A stretch of 64,000 nt of DNA from an uncultured Legionellaceae bacterium. GTDB taxonomy: Bacteria; Pseudomonadota; Gammaproteobacteria; UBA6186; Azoamicaceae. Position numbers and translations under genes: made by a program. The DNA is taken from positions 46,602 to 110,601 of the forward strand of contig CAYGPC010000002.1 in NCBI GenBank assembly GCA_964351705.1, read 5' to 3'. Below are positions 1 through 9,850 of the stretch, piece after piece. The notes under the pieces are model-generated. The model ran no database searches, was not told the origin of the DNA, and saw only the letters and a program-made list of their open reading frames with translations. Each line of letters starts with the position of its first letter. The stretch's first letter is position 1.

Positions 1-85
1 CTTTGAGTTCACGTGCCTTTGCTGAAATAGCAAAGGTTAAGGAAGGCTTAATTTTTTGGATGCGATCGGCGAGTTGAATGCTCAA
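1..85 (-). CDS. Aspartate/aromatic aminotransferase (class I), N-terminal fragment running off the window
   Basis: The reverse strand reads (I)LSIQLADRIQKIKPSLTFAISAKARELK, the typical N-terminus of AspC-like aminotransferases. AGGAG lies just upstream of the TTG/ATT start. The fragment is too short to appear in the ORF track. Confidence 0.45.
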   Translation of the reverse strand, partial: MSIQLADRIQKIKPSLTFAISAKARELK

Positions 86-151
86 AATGGTGCTCCTGTT
101 GTGGTATCCTGACGATAAAGAATGATGATTATAATATAGGTGATCTTGTTT

Positions 152-2143
152 ATGTCCAGTGTATTTCAACTGTTTTCTGATTTTGAGCCCGCTGGGGATC
201 AGCCTGCGGCTATAAAAAAGTTGGAAGAAGGACTAAATAATGGACTTTCAAGTCAGACATTACTTGGGGTAACCGGCTCAGGTAAAACCTATACCTTGGC
301 CAATGTGATTGCTAGGGTTGGGCGCAAAACACTCGTCTTGGCCCCTAATAAAACCCTCGCCGCACAACTCTATGGAGAGATGAAAAGCTTTTTCCCCAAT
401 AACGCGGTTGAGTATTTTGTGTCGTATTACGATTACTATCAGCCGGAGGCCTATGTTCCAGCCTCTGATGTGTATATTGAAAAAGATGCGTCCATTAATG
501 AGCAGATTGAGCAAATGCGTTTATCAGCAACACGCTCATTGTTGGAACGAGAGGATACGATTATTGTTGCGAGTGTCTCAGCTATTTATGGTTTAGGTGA
601 TCCTCAATCCTATTTATCCATGGTTTTGAAATTAACCGTCGGTGAGAGAATCGATCAGCGAGTGTTGCTGAGGCGGTTAGCCGAATTGCAATACACTCGA
701 AACGATGTGGATTTTCATCGTGCTACGTATCGTGTGCGTGGAGATGTTATTGATATTTTTCCAGCAGAATCAAGTGAAGCAGCGATTCGAGTGGAGTTAT
801 TTGATGATCTTATTGAGAGTATTCGGTTTTTTGATCCATTGTTGGGAACTAGCATTAAAAAAGTATCTCGGGCAACCGTGTATCCTAAAACACACTATGT
901 AACACCTAGACAGCGGTTGTTGGACTCAATTGAATTTGTGAAAGAAGAGCTAAAAGAAAGAGTGACTGAACTGGAAAATAACAAAAAATTAGTAGAAGCA
1001 CAACGTTTAGAACAGCGAACTCGTTTTGATATTGAAATGATGTTGGAACTTGGTTATTGTTCTGGAATTGAAAACTACTCTCGTTATTTATCTGGGCGGA
1101 ACGCCGGCGAACCACCTCCAACACTGATGGAATATTTGCCTGCAGACGCACTGCTTATTGTGGATGAATCCCATGTGACTATTCCGCAACTGCGCGGAAT
1201 GTATCGTGGCGATCGAGCGCGCAAGGAAAATTTAGTTGAATATGGTTTTCGTCTTCCTTCCGCTTTAGACAATCGTCCTTTGCGATTTGACGAATTCGAA
1301 CAGTTAAAGCCGCAAGTTATTTATGTTTCAGCGACTCCCAGTGATTATGAATTGGAAAAGTCGGATGTGGTTGCAGAGCTGATTATTCGCCCTACTGGTT
1401 TGTTGGATCCAGTGGTTTCTGTGCGTAAAGCCTCCACGCAAGTCGATAATGTGTTATCTGAAATTAACGAGCGGGTACCAAAAGGTGAACGAATATTAAT
1501 TACGACTTTAACTAAACGCATGTCAGAAGATCTAACTGACTATTTAGCGGAACAAGGAATCAAGGTGCGATATCTGCACTCGGATGTGGATACCGTTGAG
1601 AGGGTGGAGATTATTCGAGATTTACGTTTAGGTGTTTTTGATGTGCTGGTTGGTATTAATTTGTTACGTGAAGGTTTAGACATGCCAGAAGTTTCTTTAG
1701 TGGCTATTTTCGATGCGGACAAAGAGGGTTTTTTGCGATCGGAGCGTTCACTGATTCAAACGATGGGTCGTGCTGCGCGTAATCTAGAAGGGAAAGCGAT
1801 TTTATACGCTGAGCGAGTAACCGATTCTATGCGACGAGCGATGGAGGTGACTGAACAGCGACGTGAGAGACAACATGCTTATAATATAGAGCATCATATC
1901 ACACCGAAAGGGATCACCAAAAAAGTGCAAGATATTCTAGCCAACTCATCAGGGAAAGAATTCCAAACAAAAAAAAATACCAATAAAAAAGCAAAGGCGG
2001 CACTTTCTACGCAAGCGTATACTACAAAGGTGAAAGAACTGGAAACTCGAATGTATAAGCACGCTAAAGATTTAGAGTTTGAACAGGCTGCTGAGATACG
2101 CAATGAATTACAGGTTTTGAAAGCGCAGTTTTCCACTATATAG
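152..2143 (+). CDS. uvrB: Excinuclease ABC subunit B
   Basis: Walker [13 protein letters not shown] box (VDESHVT), helicase C motifs and a C-terminal UVR domain ([13 protein letters not shown]). The likely start is ATG 152 (MSSVFQL), not the GTG at 140. Confidence 0.97.
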   Translation: MSSVFQLFSDFEPAGDQPAAIKKLEEGLNNGLSSQTLLGVTGSGKTYTLANVIARVGRKTLVLAPNKTLAAQLYGEMKSFFPNNAVEYFVSYYDYYQPEAYVPASDVYIEKDASINEQIEQMRLSATRSLLEREDTIIVASVSAIYGLGDPQSYLSMVLKLTVGERIDQRVLLRRLAELQYTRNDVDFHRATYRVRGDVIDIFPAESSEAAIRVELFDDLIESIRFFDPLLGTSIKKVSRATVYPKTHYVTPRQRLLDSIEFVKEELKERVTELENNKKLVEAQRLEQRTRFDIEMMLELGYCSGIENYSRYLSGRNAGEPPPTLMEYLPADALLIVDESHVTIPQLRGMYRGDRARKENLVEYGFRLPSALDNRPLRFDEFEQLKPQVIYVSATPSDYELEKSDVVAELIIRPTGLLDPVVSVRKASTQVDNVLSEINERVPKGERILITTLTKRMSEDLTDYLAEQGIKVRYLHSDVDTVERVEIIRDLRLGVFDVLVGINLLREGLDMPEVSLVAIFDADKEGFLRSERSLIQTMGRAARNLEGKAILYAERVTDSMRRAMEVTEQRRERQHAYNIEHHITPKGITKKVQDILANSSGKEFQTKKNTNKKAKAALSTQAYTTKVKELETRMYKHAKDLEFEQAAEIRNELQVLKAQFSTI

Positions 2144-2239
2144 TTGTTTGTCAGTAGGTCCTGGTTAAAAAATCTTAGCTAACTTCCTTGCCTATTTCTC
2201 TAAAGTGATCCTACACTTTTGTTAGGAGGTGCACTAATT

Positions 2240-2719
2240 ATGAGCGATGCTAAAATATTCCAGAATATGAATGCCCAATGTTGTTGTTTTAATTTACGCA
2301 AAACAACACGGGCTGTGACGCAATTCTTTGATCGTCACTTGGAGCCAGCTGACATACGTGCAACTCAGTTTACCTTATTGTTAACGTTGACTTCCGCGAG
2401 TGGTAAAACTTTAACAGAAATGGCAGAAGGCTTAGTGATGGATCGAACGACCCTGACGCGTAATCTAAAGCCTTTAGAGAAAGCTGGGTTCATTACCACG
2501 GTTAAATTATCCGATCGGCGTACAAAAGGCTATGCGCTTACCGAGAAAGGCCAAGAGACCATTGAAAAAGGTGTGCCCTTATGGGAAAAGGCTCAGTTGC
2601 ACATTGTTGAGCAATTGGGAGACGATCGTTATGCTCGGTTATTGTCGGAGCTTGGGATGGTGCGTTCAATGGCCAATGTACACAAGACGCCACGGTTTAA
2701 AGAATTTAAAATTGATTAG
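2240..2719 (+). CDS. MarR-family transcriptional regulator
   Basis: Winged-HTH pattern LTEMAEGLVMDRTTLTRNLKPLEKAGFI...DRR. AGGAGG precedes ATG 2240. Confidence 0.85.
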   Translation: MSDAKIFQNMNAQCCCFNLRKTTRAVTQFFDRHLEPADIRATQFTLLLTLTSASGKTLTEMAEGLVMDRTTLTRNLKPLEKAGFITTVKLSDRRTKGYALTEKGQETIEKGVPLWEKAQLHIVEQLGDDRYARLLSELGMVRSMANVHKTPRFKEFKID

Positions 2720-2738
2720 TATATAACCTTGCAGAGTA

Positions 2739-2833
2739 GTTGTTCTGTGAGGTTGTTCTGTGTAAGAATCCTCCACAATCATTTATTTCAATGAAACGGG
2801 TGTTTAGGCCTCTGCAAAGTGGAAAGTTGTTCT
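2739..2833. promoter_or_regulatory. Repeated GTTGTTCT motif (three copies) in the MarR/MFS intergenic region; possible operator
   Basis: GTTGTTCTGTG occurs at 2739-2749 and 2752-2762, and GTTGTTCT at 2826-2833. CAGAGTAG (2732-2739) has its reverse complement CTACTCTG at 2832-2839. Confidence 0.25.
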
Positions 2834-2892
2834 ACTCTGTTGTGAGTGATAGTGTTTTTTTGCATGTGAAATTCATAATTTAGAGGCGTCGT

Positions 2893-4125
2893 ATGTTACC
2901 AATCCTTCGTTTAACCTTTGCACCTTTGTTGAGTCTATTTATTCTCATCTTAGGTAATGGGTTATTTACGACCTTGCTAACACTACGTTTGCAACTCGAA
3001 GGTACCGATGAACTTATCATTGGGATAATGACCAGTGCTTATTACTTGGGGCTTGTGGTCGCTTCTTTTCGGATTGAACGGTCAATTATAAGAGTTGGGC
3101 ATATACGAGCGTTTTCGGCTTTTGCGTCAACCTTAGCGGTTGTGAGTTTATTGCAAGGGATTTTTGTGGTCCCATGGTTTTGGTTGATCCTGCGCTTTAT
3201 GGGTGGTTTTGCAACGGCCGGTTTGTTTATTGTTATTGAGAGCTGGCTGTTAATTTCTGGGACCGTTAAAACACGCGGACAAGTACTGGCTTTGTATATG
3301 GTGACATTATATGCAGCTCAGGCCTGCGGTCAGTTTTTAGTAAATTTAGGTAGTCCAGAGACACTTTTGCTATTTGCAATAACCGCCATGCTCAGTTCTT
3401 TATCAGTGATTCCTTTAGCTTTGTCCAAGATAGGAGTCCCACAAATAGAAGAGCCGGAGTCGTTGAGTTTTAAAAAACTTTACCAAAAATCAGCTTCAGG
3501 CATCATAGGATGCTTTGGTGGTGGGTTGTTAATGAGTTCCATTTATGGACTGTTGCCATTGTTTATCGTGGCAAAAACCAATAATAAAGCCGATGTTGCT
3601 TTTTTTATGGCATTAACCATCTTTGGTGGCATGGCCTTGCAATACCCGGTAGGGCGTTTGTCTGATCTGATGGAACGACGTATTGTGTTGGTAGGAGTTT
3701 GTGCCTTGACTGTACTTTTATCGTTGGTTGTCATGGTTGGGTTTGGAAACAACTGGTTAGCTATGATAGTCACTTTCTTGTTTGGTGGTTTTATTTTTAT
3801 TATATATCCAGTGAGCATCAGTCATGCGTGTGATTCATTAGATGCTAAGGAGATGGTATCAGGGACTCAAGGGCTTCTATTAGCTTACAGTGTGGGTGCG
3901 ACGTTAGGGCCGTTTATTGCCTCTGTATTTATGGATCTTTTGGGCCCAAATGGCCTGTTTATTTATTTTGCTTCTGTAAGTGTCGCATTGTGTGCTTTCT
4001 TCATATGGCGTCGTACTCAAGTTGCTTCAACGATCCAAGAAGAGCAGTTTGTGCCGTTGCCACAAACAACACCTATCACTGCAAATTTAGATCCACGAGG
4101 TGATGACATCACCGAGACAGATTAA
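2893..4125 (+). CDS. MFS transporter (YcaD-like)
   Basis: 410 aa, about 12 hydrophobic segments, MFS-like loop between TM2 and TM3. Confidence 0.85.
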   Translation: MLPILRLTFAPLLSLFILILGNGLFTTLLTLRLQLEGTDELIIGIMTSAYYLGLVVASFRIERSIIRVGHIRAFSAFASTLAVVSLLQGIFVVPWFWLILRFMGGFATAGLFIVIESWLLISGTVKTRGQVLALYMVTLYAAQACGQFLVNLGSPETLLLFAITAMLSSLSVIPLALSKIGVPQIEEPESLSFKKLYQKSASGIIGCFGGGLLMSSIYGLLPLFIVAKTNNKADVAFFMALTIFGGMALQYPVGRLSDLMERRIVLVGVCALTVLLSLVVMVGFGNNWLAMIVTFLFGGFIFIIYPVSISHACDSLDAKEMVSGTQGLLLAYSVGATLGPFIASVFMDLLGPNGLFIYFASVSVALCAFFIWRRTQVASTIQEEQFVPLPQTTPITANLDPRGDDITETD

Positions 4126-4276
4126 GTTACCAACTTACATCGTCTATTATATTTTCTATACTTTTCTTAACTGGTGTTTTTTCCCGATAACTATTGTGCG
4201 TAGAATGAGGTATTCTAGGGATAAGCGTGGATTAAAACACTGTTACAGTTAGTTTACTTTATTTAGGAGAGCGAGG

Positions 4277-5305
4277 ATGGACGATCACAAAAAGAAAGCC
4301 TTAGATGCAGCTTTGTCACAAATTGAACGCCAATTTGGTAAAGGCTCGGTTATGTTGATGGGAGATGGTGGTGCTATCGCAAATATAGAAGCGATTCCAA
4401 CCGGTTCTTTAGGGCTGGATATTGCTTTAGGCATAGGTGGATTACCTAAAGGCCGAGTGGTTGAAATTTATGGCCCAGAATCCTCGGGTAAAACAACTTT
4501 AACATTGCAAGTGATTGCTGAATGTCAGCGTATGGGCGGCACGGCAGCCTTTGTGGATGCTGAGCATGCTTTGGATCCAGGTTATGCTGAAAAATTGGGT
4601 GTGAAAGTGGATGAGCTATTAGTGTCACAACCAGACACAGGTGAACAAGCGCTTGAAATTACCGATATGCTAGTTCGCTCAAGTGCGGTTGATGTAGTCA
4701 TCATCGATTCGGTTGCTGCCTTAACACCGAAAGCCGAAATTGAAGGTGATATGGGTGACCATCATATGGGGTTACAAGCACGCTTGATGTCACAAGCGTT
4801 GCGAAAATTAACCGCTAATATTAAGCGCTCAAATACTTTGGTTATTTTTATCAATCAAATTCGGATGAAAATTGGAGTGATGTTTGGAAATCCAGAAACG
4901 ACGACAGGTGGGAATGCCTTGAAGTTTTATTCCTCGGTACGTTTGGACATTCGTCGTACGGGTGCGGTTAAGAAAGGCGATGAAATTCTAGGTAACGAAA
5001 CACGAGTGAAAGTCGTCAAAAACAAGGTTTCTCCGCCATTTAAACAAGCTGAGTTTGAAATTCTCTATGGGCAAGGTATTTCACGCTTAGGTGAAATTAT
5101 TGATCTTGGCGTTAAAGTGGGCTCGGTTGAAAAAGCTGGTGCTTGGTATAGCTACCAAGGTAACCGAATGGGACAGGGTAAGGAAAACTCAAAGCAGTTC
5201 TTGAAAGATAATCCAAACGTTGCAGCAGAAATTGAAGCTGTGATCCGAGAAAAGCTTTTACCTACACCATCGGTTAAAAAAGAGACGGAAACTGCTGAGG
5301 ACTAA
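4277..5305 (+). CDS. recA: Recombinase RecA
   Basis: The sequence is canonical RecA throughout. It has Walker [10 protein letters not shown] and [28 protein letters not shown]. Confidence 0.98.
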   Translation: MDDHKKKALDAALSQIERQFGKGSVMLMGDGGAIANIEAIPTGSLGLDIALGIGGLPKGRVVEIYGPESSGKTTLTLQVIAECQRMGGTAAFVDAEHALDPGYAEKLGVKVDELLVSQPDTGEQALEITDMLVRSSAVDVVIIDSVAALTPKAEIEGDMGDHHMGLQARLMSQALRKLTANIKRSNTLVIFINQIRMKIGVMFGNPETTTGGNALKFYSSVRLDIRRTGAVKKGDEILGNETRVKVVKNKVSPPFKQAEFEILYGQGISRLGEIIDLGVKVGSVEKAGAWYSYQGNRMGQGKENSKQFLKDNPNVAAEIEAVIREKLLPTPSVKKETETAED

Positions 5306-7903
5306 ATGAAAACCACAGAGTTACGTACGCTTTTTCTAGATTACTTTGTACAGCAAGGACATGCATTGGTTCCGAGCAGTCCGTTGGTACCAGGTAATGA
5401 TCCGACATTGTTATTTACCAATGCAGGTATGGTGCAATTTAAGGAAACTTTTTTAGGGCAGGAAGAGCGTGCGTATACTCGTGCAACAACAGCACAACGT
5501 TGTGTGCGTGCTGGTGGAAAGCATAATGATCTGGAAAATGTGGGCTACACAGCACGACATCATACCTTTTTTGAAATGCTTGGGAACTTCAGTTTTGGTG
5601 ATTACTTTAAACGCGAAGCCATACGTTTTGCTTGGGACTTTTTAACTAAAGAACTTAAGATCCCAGCTGAAAAATTATGGGTAACTGTTTTTGATGATGA
5701 TCAAGAAGCCGAAGATATTTGGCTGCAAGAAATGAAAATCGATCCTACTCGGTTCTCACGTTGTGGCGTTGCTGATAATTTTTGGTCTATGGGTGATACC
5801 GGGCCATGTGGGCCGTGCAGTGAAATTTTTTATGATCATGGTTCAGAGATCCCCGGTGGCCCTCCAGGAAGTCCTGAGCAAGAAGGCGATCGTTACGTTG
5901 AAATTTGGAATTTGGTTTTTATGCAATACGATCGAGATGATCAAGGTGTATTGATACCATTGCCTAAACCTTCAGTGGATACTGGTATGGGCTTAGAGCG
6001 AATTTCCGCAGTGATGCAAGGCGTTCATAATAATTATGATATTGATCTTTTTCAAAATTTAATTAAATCAATTGTGCGGCTAGGTTCTCTTAAGGATCCA
6101 ACAAATAAATCCGTGCGGGTGATTGCTGATCATATTCGGTCTTGTGCGTTTTTGATTGCAGATGGTGTTTTTCCAAGCAATGAAGGTCGAGGGTATGTAT
6201 TACGTCGTATTGCCAGACGTGCAATTCGTCATGGTCACCGTCTTGGTTTTACCGAACCTTTTTTCAATGAATTGGTGCAGCCTTTGGTGCAGGAAATGGG
6301 ACAGGCTTACCCTGAACTTGCTAAGCGTGATTCATTAATCAAAGAAGTTTTGTATCAAGAGGAATTGCAGTTTGAGCGCACCCTAGACCAAGGGCTCAAA
6401 ATTTTAGAGCAAGATCTCTGTGCCCTTTCCGGTACGGAAGTACCCGGAAAAACGATATTTCGTTTATACGACACCTATGGGTTTCCGGTAGACTTAACCG
6501 CTGATATTGTACGTGAGCGTGGCATGACTCTAGATATTAAAGGGTTTGAAATAGAGATGAATGCACAAAAAGATCGCGCACGAGCGGCCAGTAATTTTTC
6601 AAAACAACAGGAAGACGTGTTAGACATTTCTCACGAAAGTGATTTTGTGGGCTATGAGCGCTTGAGTGAAAACACAAGTATTGTTGGGTTGTTTTTGGCT
6701 GGCAAAGAGGTGTCTGTCCTAGAGTCTAATCAAGATGGCAGTATCGTTTTAGAAAAAACGCCTTTTTATGCAGAGTCTGGTGGACAAGTGGGTGACAGTG
6801 GTGTGATCAAAACAGCAACAGCAGAGTTTAGAGTAACCGATACTCGTAAACAAGGTGACACTTTTGTACACTATGGTTCGATGCAGCGCGGGCAGTTGGC
6901 TAAAAATGAAACGGTTGCTGCGGTAGTTGATGAGATTAAGCGTTGTGCAATCGCACGTAATCACTCAGCGACACATTTACTACACGCCGCTCTACGAAGT
7001 GTACTAGGTGATCAGGTGCAACAAAAAGGTTCTTTAGTAGAGCCTGAACGATTACGGTTTGATTTCTCGCATTCAGAAGCTTTAAAGGAGTCACAATTAA
7101 GGGCTGTTGAAACTTTAGTTAATGTAAAAATTATGGAAAACGCACGGGTAGAAACCAAAGTGTTGCCAATTGAAGAAGCACTAGAAAGTGGCGCTATGGC
7201 ATTGTTTGGTGAAAAATACGATCAAGATGTTCGTGTGTTGCACATGAACAACGACTTCTCTGTTGAACTGTGTGGCGGTACACATGTGAAACGCACGGGG
7301 GATATAGGTATCTGTAAAATTATTGCAGAGTATGGAATTGCTTCTGGTGTGCGAAGAATCGAAGCGTTGACTGGTGAAGGCGCTTTGCGTTGGATCAATA
7401 CCTTAGAACATAAAGTGAATCGCATGGCAGATGTGATGAAATGTAGCTTTGATTTGCTTGAAGATAAGTTGCAACAATTTTTGCTGAAAAATCGACAGTT
7501 AGAGAAAGATTTTGAACGCTATAAATCACAACTGGTAGATAAAGGGGCAGATTTAGCAGCAGACGTGAGGAATATTAAAGGGTTGAGCGTACTCGCCGCT
7601 AAATTACCTATTGGGGATATGAAAGCGTTGCGTGAGGCAATGGAGAGACTAAAAGATAAGCACAGTTTGGATGTGATTGTGTTGGGTACAGCAGCGGATG
7701 CGAAGAAAGTAAATATTGTTGCTGGTGTGTCAAAAGAGCACCAGGGAGCTATTCAAGCAAACGTCCTAATCAATCATGTTGCTCAGTGTGTGGGCGGCAA
7801 AGGTGGGGGGCGATCCGACATGGCGCAAGCTGGCGGAAACCAACCAGAACAACTGGATAAAGCACTGGATTCTGTATACGCCTGGGTTGAAGATCAACTC
7901 TAA
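5306..7903 (+). CDS. alaS: Alanine--tRNA ligase
   Basis: FTNAGM, editing/zinc motif HSATHLLH...CGGTH and a C-terminal DHHA1-like domain. The ATG directly abuts the recA TAA. Confidence 0.98.
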   Translation: MKTTELRTLFLDYFVQQGHALVPSSPLVPGNDPTLLFTNAGMVQFKETFLGQEERAYTRATTAQRCVRAGGKHNDLENVGYTARHHTFFEMLGNFSFGDYFKREAIRFAWDFLTKELKIPAEKLWVTVFDDDQEAEDIWLQEMKIDPTRFSRCGVADNFWSMGDTGPCGPCSEIFYDHGSEIPGGPPGSPEQEGDRYVEIWNLVFMQYDRDDQGVLIPLPKPSVDTGMGLERISAVMQGVHNNYDIDLFQNLIKSIVRLGSLKDPTNKSVRVIADHIRSCAFLIADGVFPSNEGRGYVLRRIARRAIRHGHRLGFTEPFFNELVQPLVQEMGQAYPELAKRDSLIKEVLYQEELQFERTLDQGLKILEQDLCALSGTEVPGKTIFRLYDTYGFPVDLTADIVRERGMTLDIKGFEIEMNAQKDRARAASNFSKQQEDVLDISHESDFVGYERLSENTSIVGLFLAGKEVSVLESNQDGSIVLEKTPFYAESGGQVGDSGVIKTATAEFRVTDTRKQGDTFVHYGSMQRGQLAKNETVAAVVDEIKRCAIARNHSATHLLHAALRSVLGDQVQQKGSLVEPERLRFDFSHSEALKESQLRAVETLVNVKIMENARVETKVLPIEEALESGAMALFGEKYDQDVRVLHMNNDFSVELCGGTHVKRTGDIGICKIIAEYGIASGVRRIEALTGEGALRWINTLEHKVNRMADVMKCSFDLLEDKLQQFLLKNRQLEKDFERYKSQLVDKGADLAADVRNIKGLSVLAAKLPIGDMKALREAMERLKDKHSLDVIVLGTAADAKKVNIVAGVSKEHQGAIQANVLINHVAQCVGGKGGGRSDMAQAGGNQPEQLDKALDSVYAWVEDQL

Positions 7904-7938
7904 AGTATGCGATGATCTTTGCCTTTTGAGTGACAAAA

Positions 7939-9174
7939 ATGGCCTTAATTGTACAAAAATATGGTGGCACCTCGGTTGGCAGTATCGAGCGTATTGGTAT
8001 TGTCGCGGATAAAATTGCGTACGCTCGGGAAGAAGGGCATGAGTTAGTTGTCGTTGTTTCAGCTATGGCCGGGGCAACTGACAAACTTGTACAATTAGCT
8101 CATCAAATCAGTAAAAACCCCGATCCACGTGAATTCGATGTGCTGTTATCGACAGGAGAACAGGCCAGTATTGCGCTGTTAAGCTTAGCATTGCTGGAGC
8201 GAGGTTGTCCGGCACGCTCGTATACGGGATCACAAGTACACATTCGAACCGACAATGTACACACTAAGGCGCGTATTTTAGCTGTAGATACTTCTAAGAT
8301 CCGTGCAGACTTATCCGCAGGGAAAGTGGTTATTGTCGCAGGTTTTCAAGGTGTGGATGAGCTCGGAAATATCACAACATTGGGACGCGGTGGATCAGAT
8401 ACCACCGCGGTTGCACTTGCCGCAGCATTGGAAGCTAAAGAATGCCAAATTTATACAGACGTGAATGGTGTTTACACTGCTGATCCACGTATTGTACTAG
8501 ATGCGCAGCAGATTGCTAAAACAGCAGTGTCGCAAATGCTAGAGATGGCGAGCAGTGGTATGAAAGCTGTGCAAAGTCGTGCGGTTGAATTTGCAGGTAA
8601 ATATGATGTGCCCGTTCGTGTACTGTCTACTTTTCAAGAAGGACCAGGAACCTTAATTACCCGGGATGAAGAAAACTTACAACACTCGATGGTATCAAAC
8701 GTAACTTATAATAAAGACGAAGCCAAAATCATGGTTTATGGTGTGCCATGTGCCAAAGGTGCTATTTGTGCTGTTTTAGGTCCTATTAGTAAAGCGCATA
8801 TTGAAATGGACATGGTCGTGCAAACGATGGGTGCAGAAGGCACAACTGCGGACGTAGTCTTTACAGTCCATAAACGTGATTATCAAAGAGCATTATCTGT
8901 ATTAAGCACAGTAGGTGCGCGAGAAATCTCGGGGGACGATAAGGTGGCAAAACTCACGTTGATTGGCATGGGAATGCGTTCTTATGCAAGTATTACAGCG
9001 CGTTTGTTCGAGGTTTTAGGTAAAACAGGTATAGCTGTACAGTTGATCTCTACGTCAGAGACTAAAATATCTGTTATCATAGAAGAAAAATTTATAGAAA
9101 TTGGTGTTTGTGTGTTACATGAGGCTTTTGAGTTGGGTGTGACTACACGTGAAAAAACAATGGAAGATTGTTAA
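7939..9174 (+). CDS. lysC: Aspartate kinase
   Basis: MALIVQKYGGTSVG N-terminus, GRGGSDTTA motif and two C-terminal ACT-like segments. ATG 7939 is preferred over GTG 7930. Confidence 0.93.
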   Translation: MALIVQKYGGTSVGSIERIGIVADKIAYAREEGHELVVVVSAMAGATDKLVQLAHQISKNPDPREFDVLLSTGEQASIALLSLALLERGCPARSYTGSQVHIRTDNVHTKARILAVDTSKIRADLSAGKVVIVAGFQGVDELGNITTLGRGGSDTTAVALAAALEAKECQIYTDVNGVYTADPRIVLDAQQIAKTAVSQMLEMASSGMKAVQSRAVEFAGKYDVPVRVLSTFQEGPGTLITRDEENLQHSMVSNVTYNKDEAKIMVYGVPCAKGAICAVLGPISKAHIEMDMVVQTMGAEGTTADVVFTVHKRDYQRALSVLSTVGAREISGDDKVAKLTLIGMGMRSYASITARLFEVLGKTGIAVQLISTSETKISVIIEEKFIEIGVCVLHEAFELGVTTREKTMEDC

Positions 9175-9288
9175 GAGCAAAGCAGGGATGAGGCATTCAA
9201 TTCATAATAATGAACAAGCGTTTGGGTTTTTTTATGGAATAGAAAAATCCAGATTGCGGACGAGGGTATTTGGCAAGGAGATCGAAAT

Positions 9289-9492
9289 ATGTTAATTCTA
9301 ACTAGGCGTGTAGGTGAAACTTTGATTGTTGGTGATGATGTTTCAGTAACCGTATTGGGTGTTAAAGGCAATCAAGTACGCATTGGCGTGAACGCGCCTA
9401 AAGATGTATCAGTGCATCGTGAGGAGATCTATCAGCGGATCCAACAAGAAAAATCTGGTACCGTTGAAGATAAGCCAGAAGAGAGCAACTAA
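9289..9492 (+). CDS. csrA: Carbon storage regulator CsrA
   Basis: [48 protein letters not shown] is near-identical to the CsrA consensus. Confidence 0.95.
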   Translation: MLILTRRVGETLIVGDDVSVTVLGVKGNQVRIGVNAPKDVSVHREEIYQRIQQEKSGTVEDKPEESN

Positions 9493-9542
9493 GGCCCGCT
9501 AGTTCTTTTTTTTAAATTTTCATGATACACTTGCACGCTTCA

Positions 9543-9634
9543 GGAGAGATGGCCGAGTGGCTGAAGGCGCTCCCCTGCTAAGGGAGTATGGGGCTTAAAC
9601 CTCATCGAGGGTTCGAATCCCTCTCTCTCCGCCA
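9543..9634 (+). tRNA. tRNA-Ser (anticodon GCT)
   Basis: The cloverleaf was folded by eye: acceptor GGAGAGA/TCTCTCC, anticodon stem CTCCC/GGGAG with loop CTGCTAA, a long variable arm, T-loop TTCGAAT and an encoded CCA. Confidence 0.9.
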
Positions 9635-9642
9635 CAAAATAC

Positions 9643-9719
9643 GCGCCCGTAGCTCAGTTGGATAGAGTACCTGGCTACGAACCAGGCGGTCGGCCGTTCG
9701 AATCGGTCCGGGCGCGCCA
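9643..9719 (+). tRNA. tRNA-Arg (anticodon ACG)
   Basis: Acceptor GCGCCCG/CGGGCGC, anticodon stem CCTGG/CCAGG with loop CTACGAA, T-loop TTCGAAT and an encoded CCA. Confidence 0.92.
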
Positions 9720-9850
9720 TTTTCTTACGTCTAAAATATTTTCAAAACATATTGTATTATAGATACCGGTAGCTGTTTAACTAGTTAATAAGTTAACTGT
9801 TTTCTGAGCGTTAGATTTGAATACGGTTTTTATAAAAGTAGGACACACGC

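Noticed and set aside
4240-4248. CTGTTACAG palindrome upstream of recA, considered as a LexA/SOS box.
   Set aside because: The gammaproteobacterial LexA box is CTGT-N8-ACAG, whereas here the half-sites are separated by a single base.
9175-9288. GGA motifs (CAGGGATG, ATGGAAT, AAGGAGAT) in the csrA leader, considered as CsrA autoregulatory sites.
   Set aside because: This is plausible by analogy with E. coli, but three GGA triplets in 114 nt is not distinguishable from chance by eye, and one of them is simply the Shine-Dalgarno sequence.
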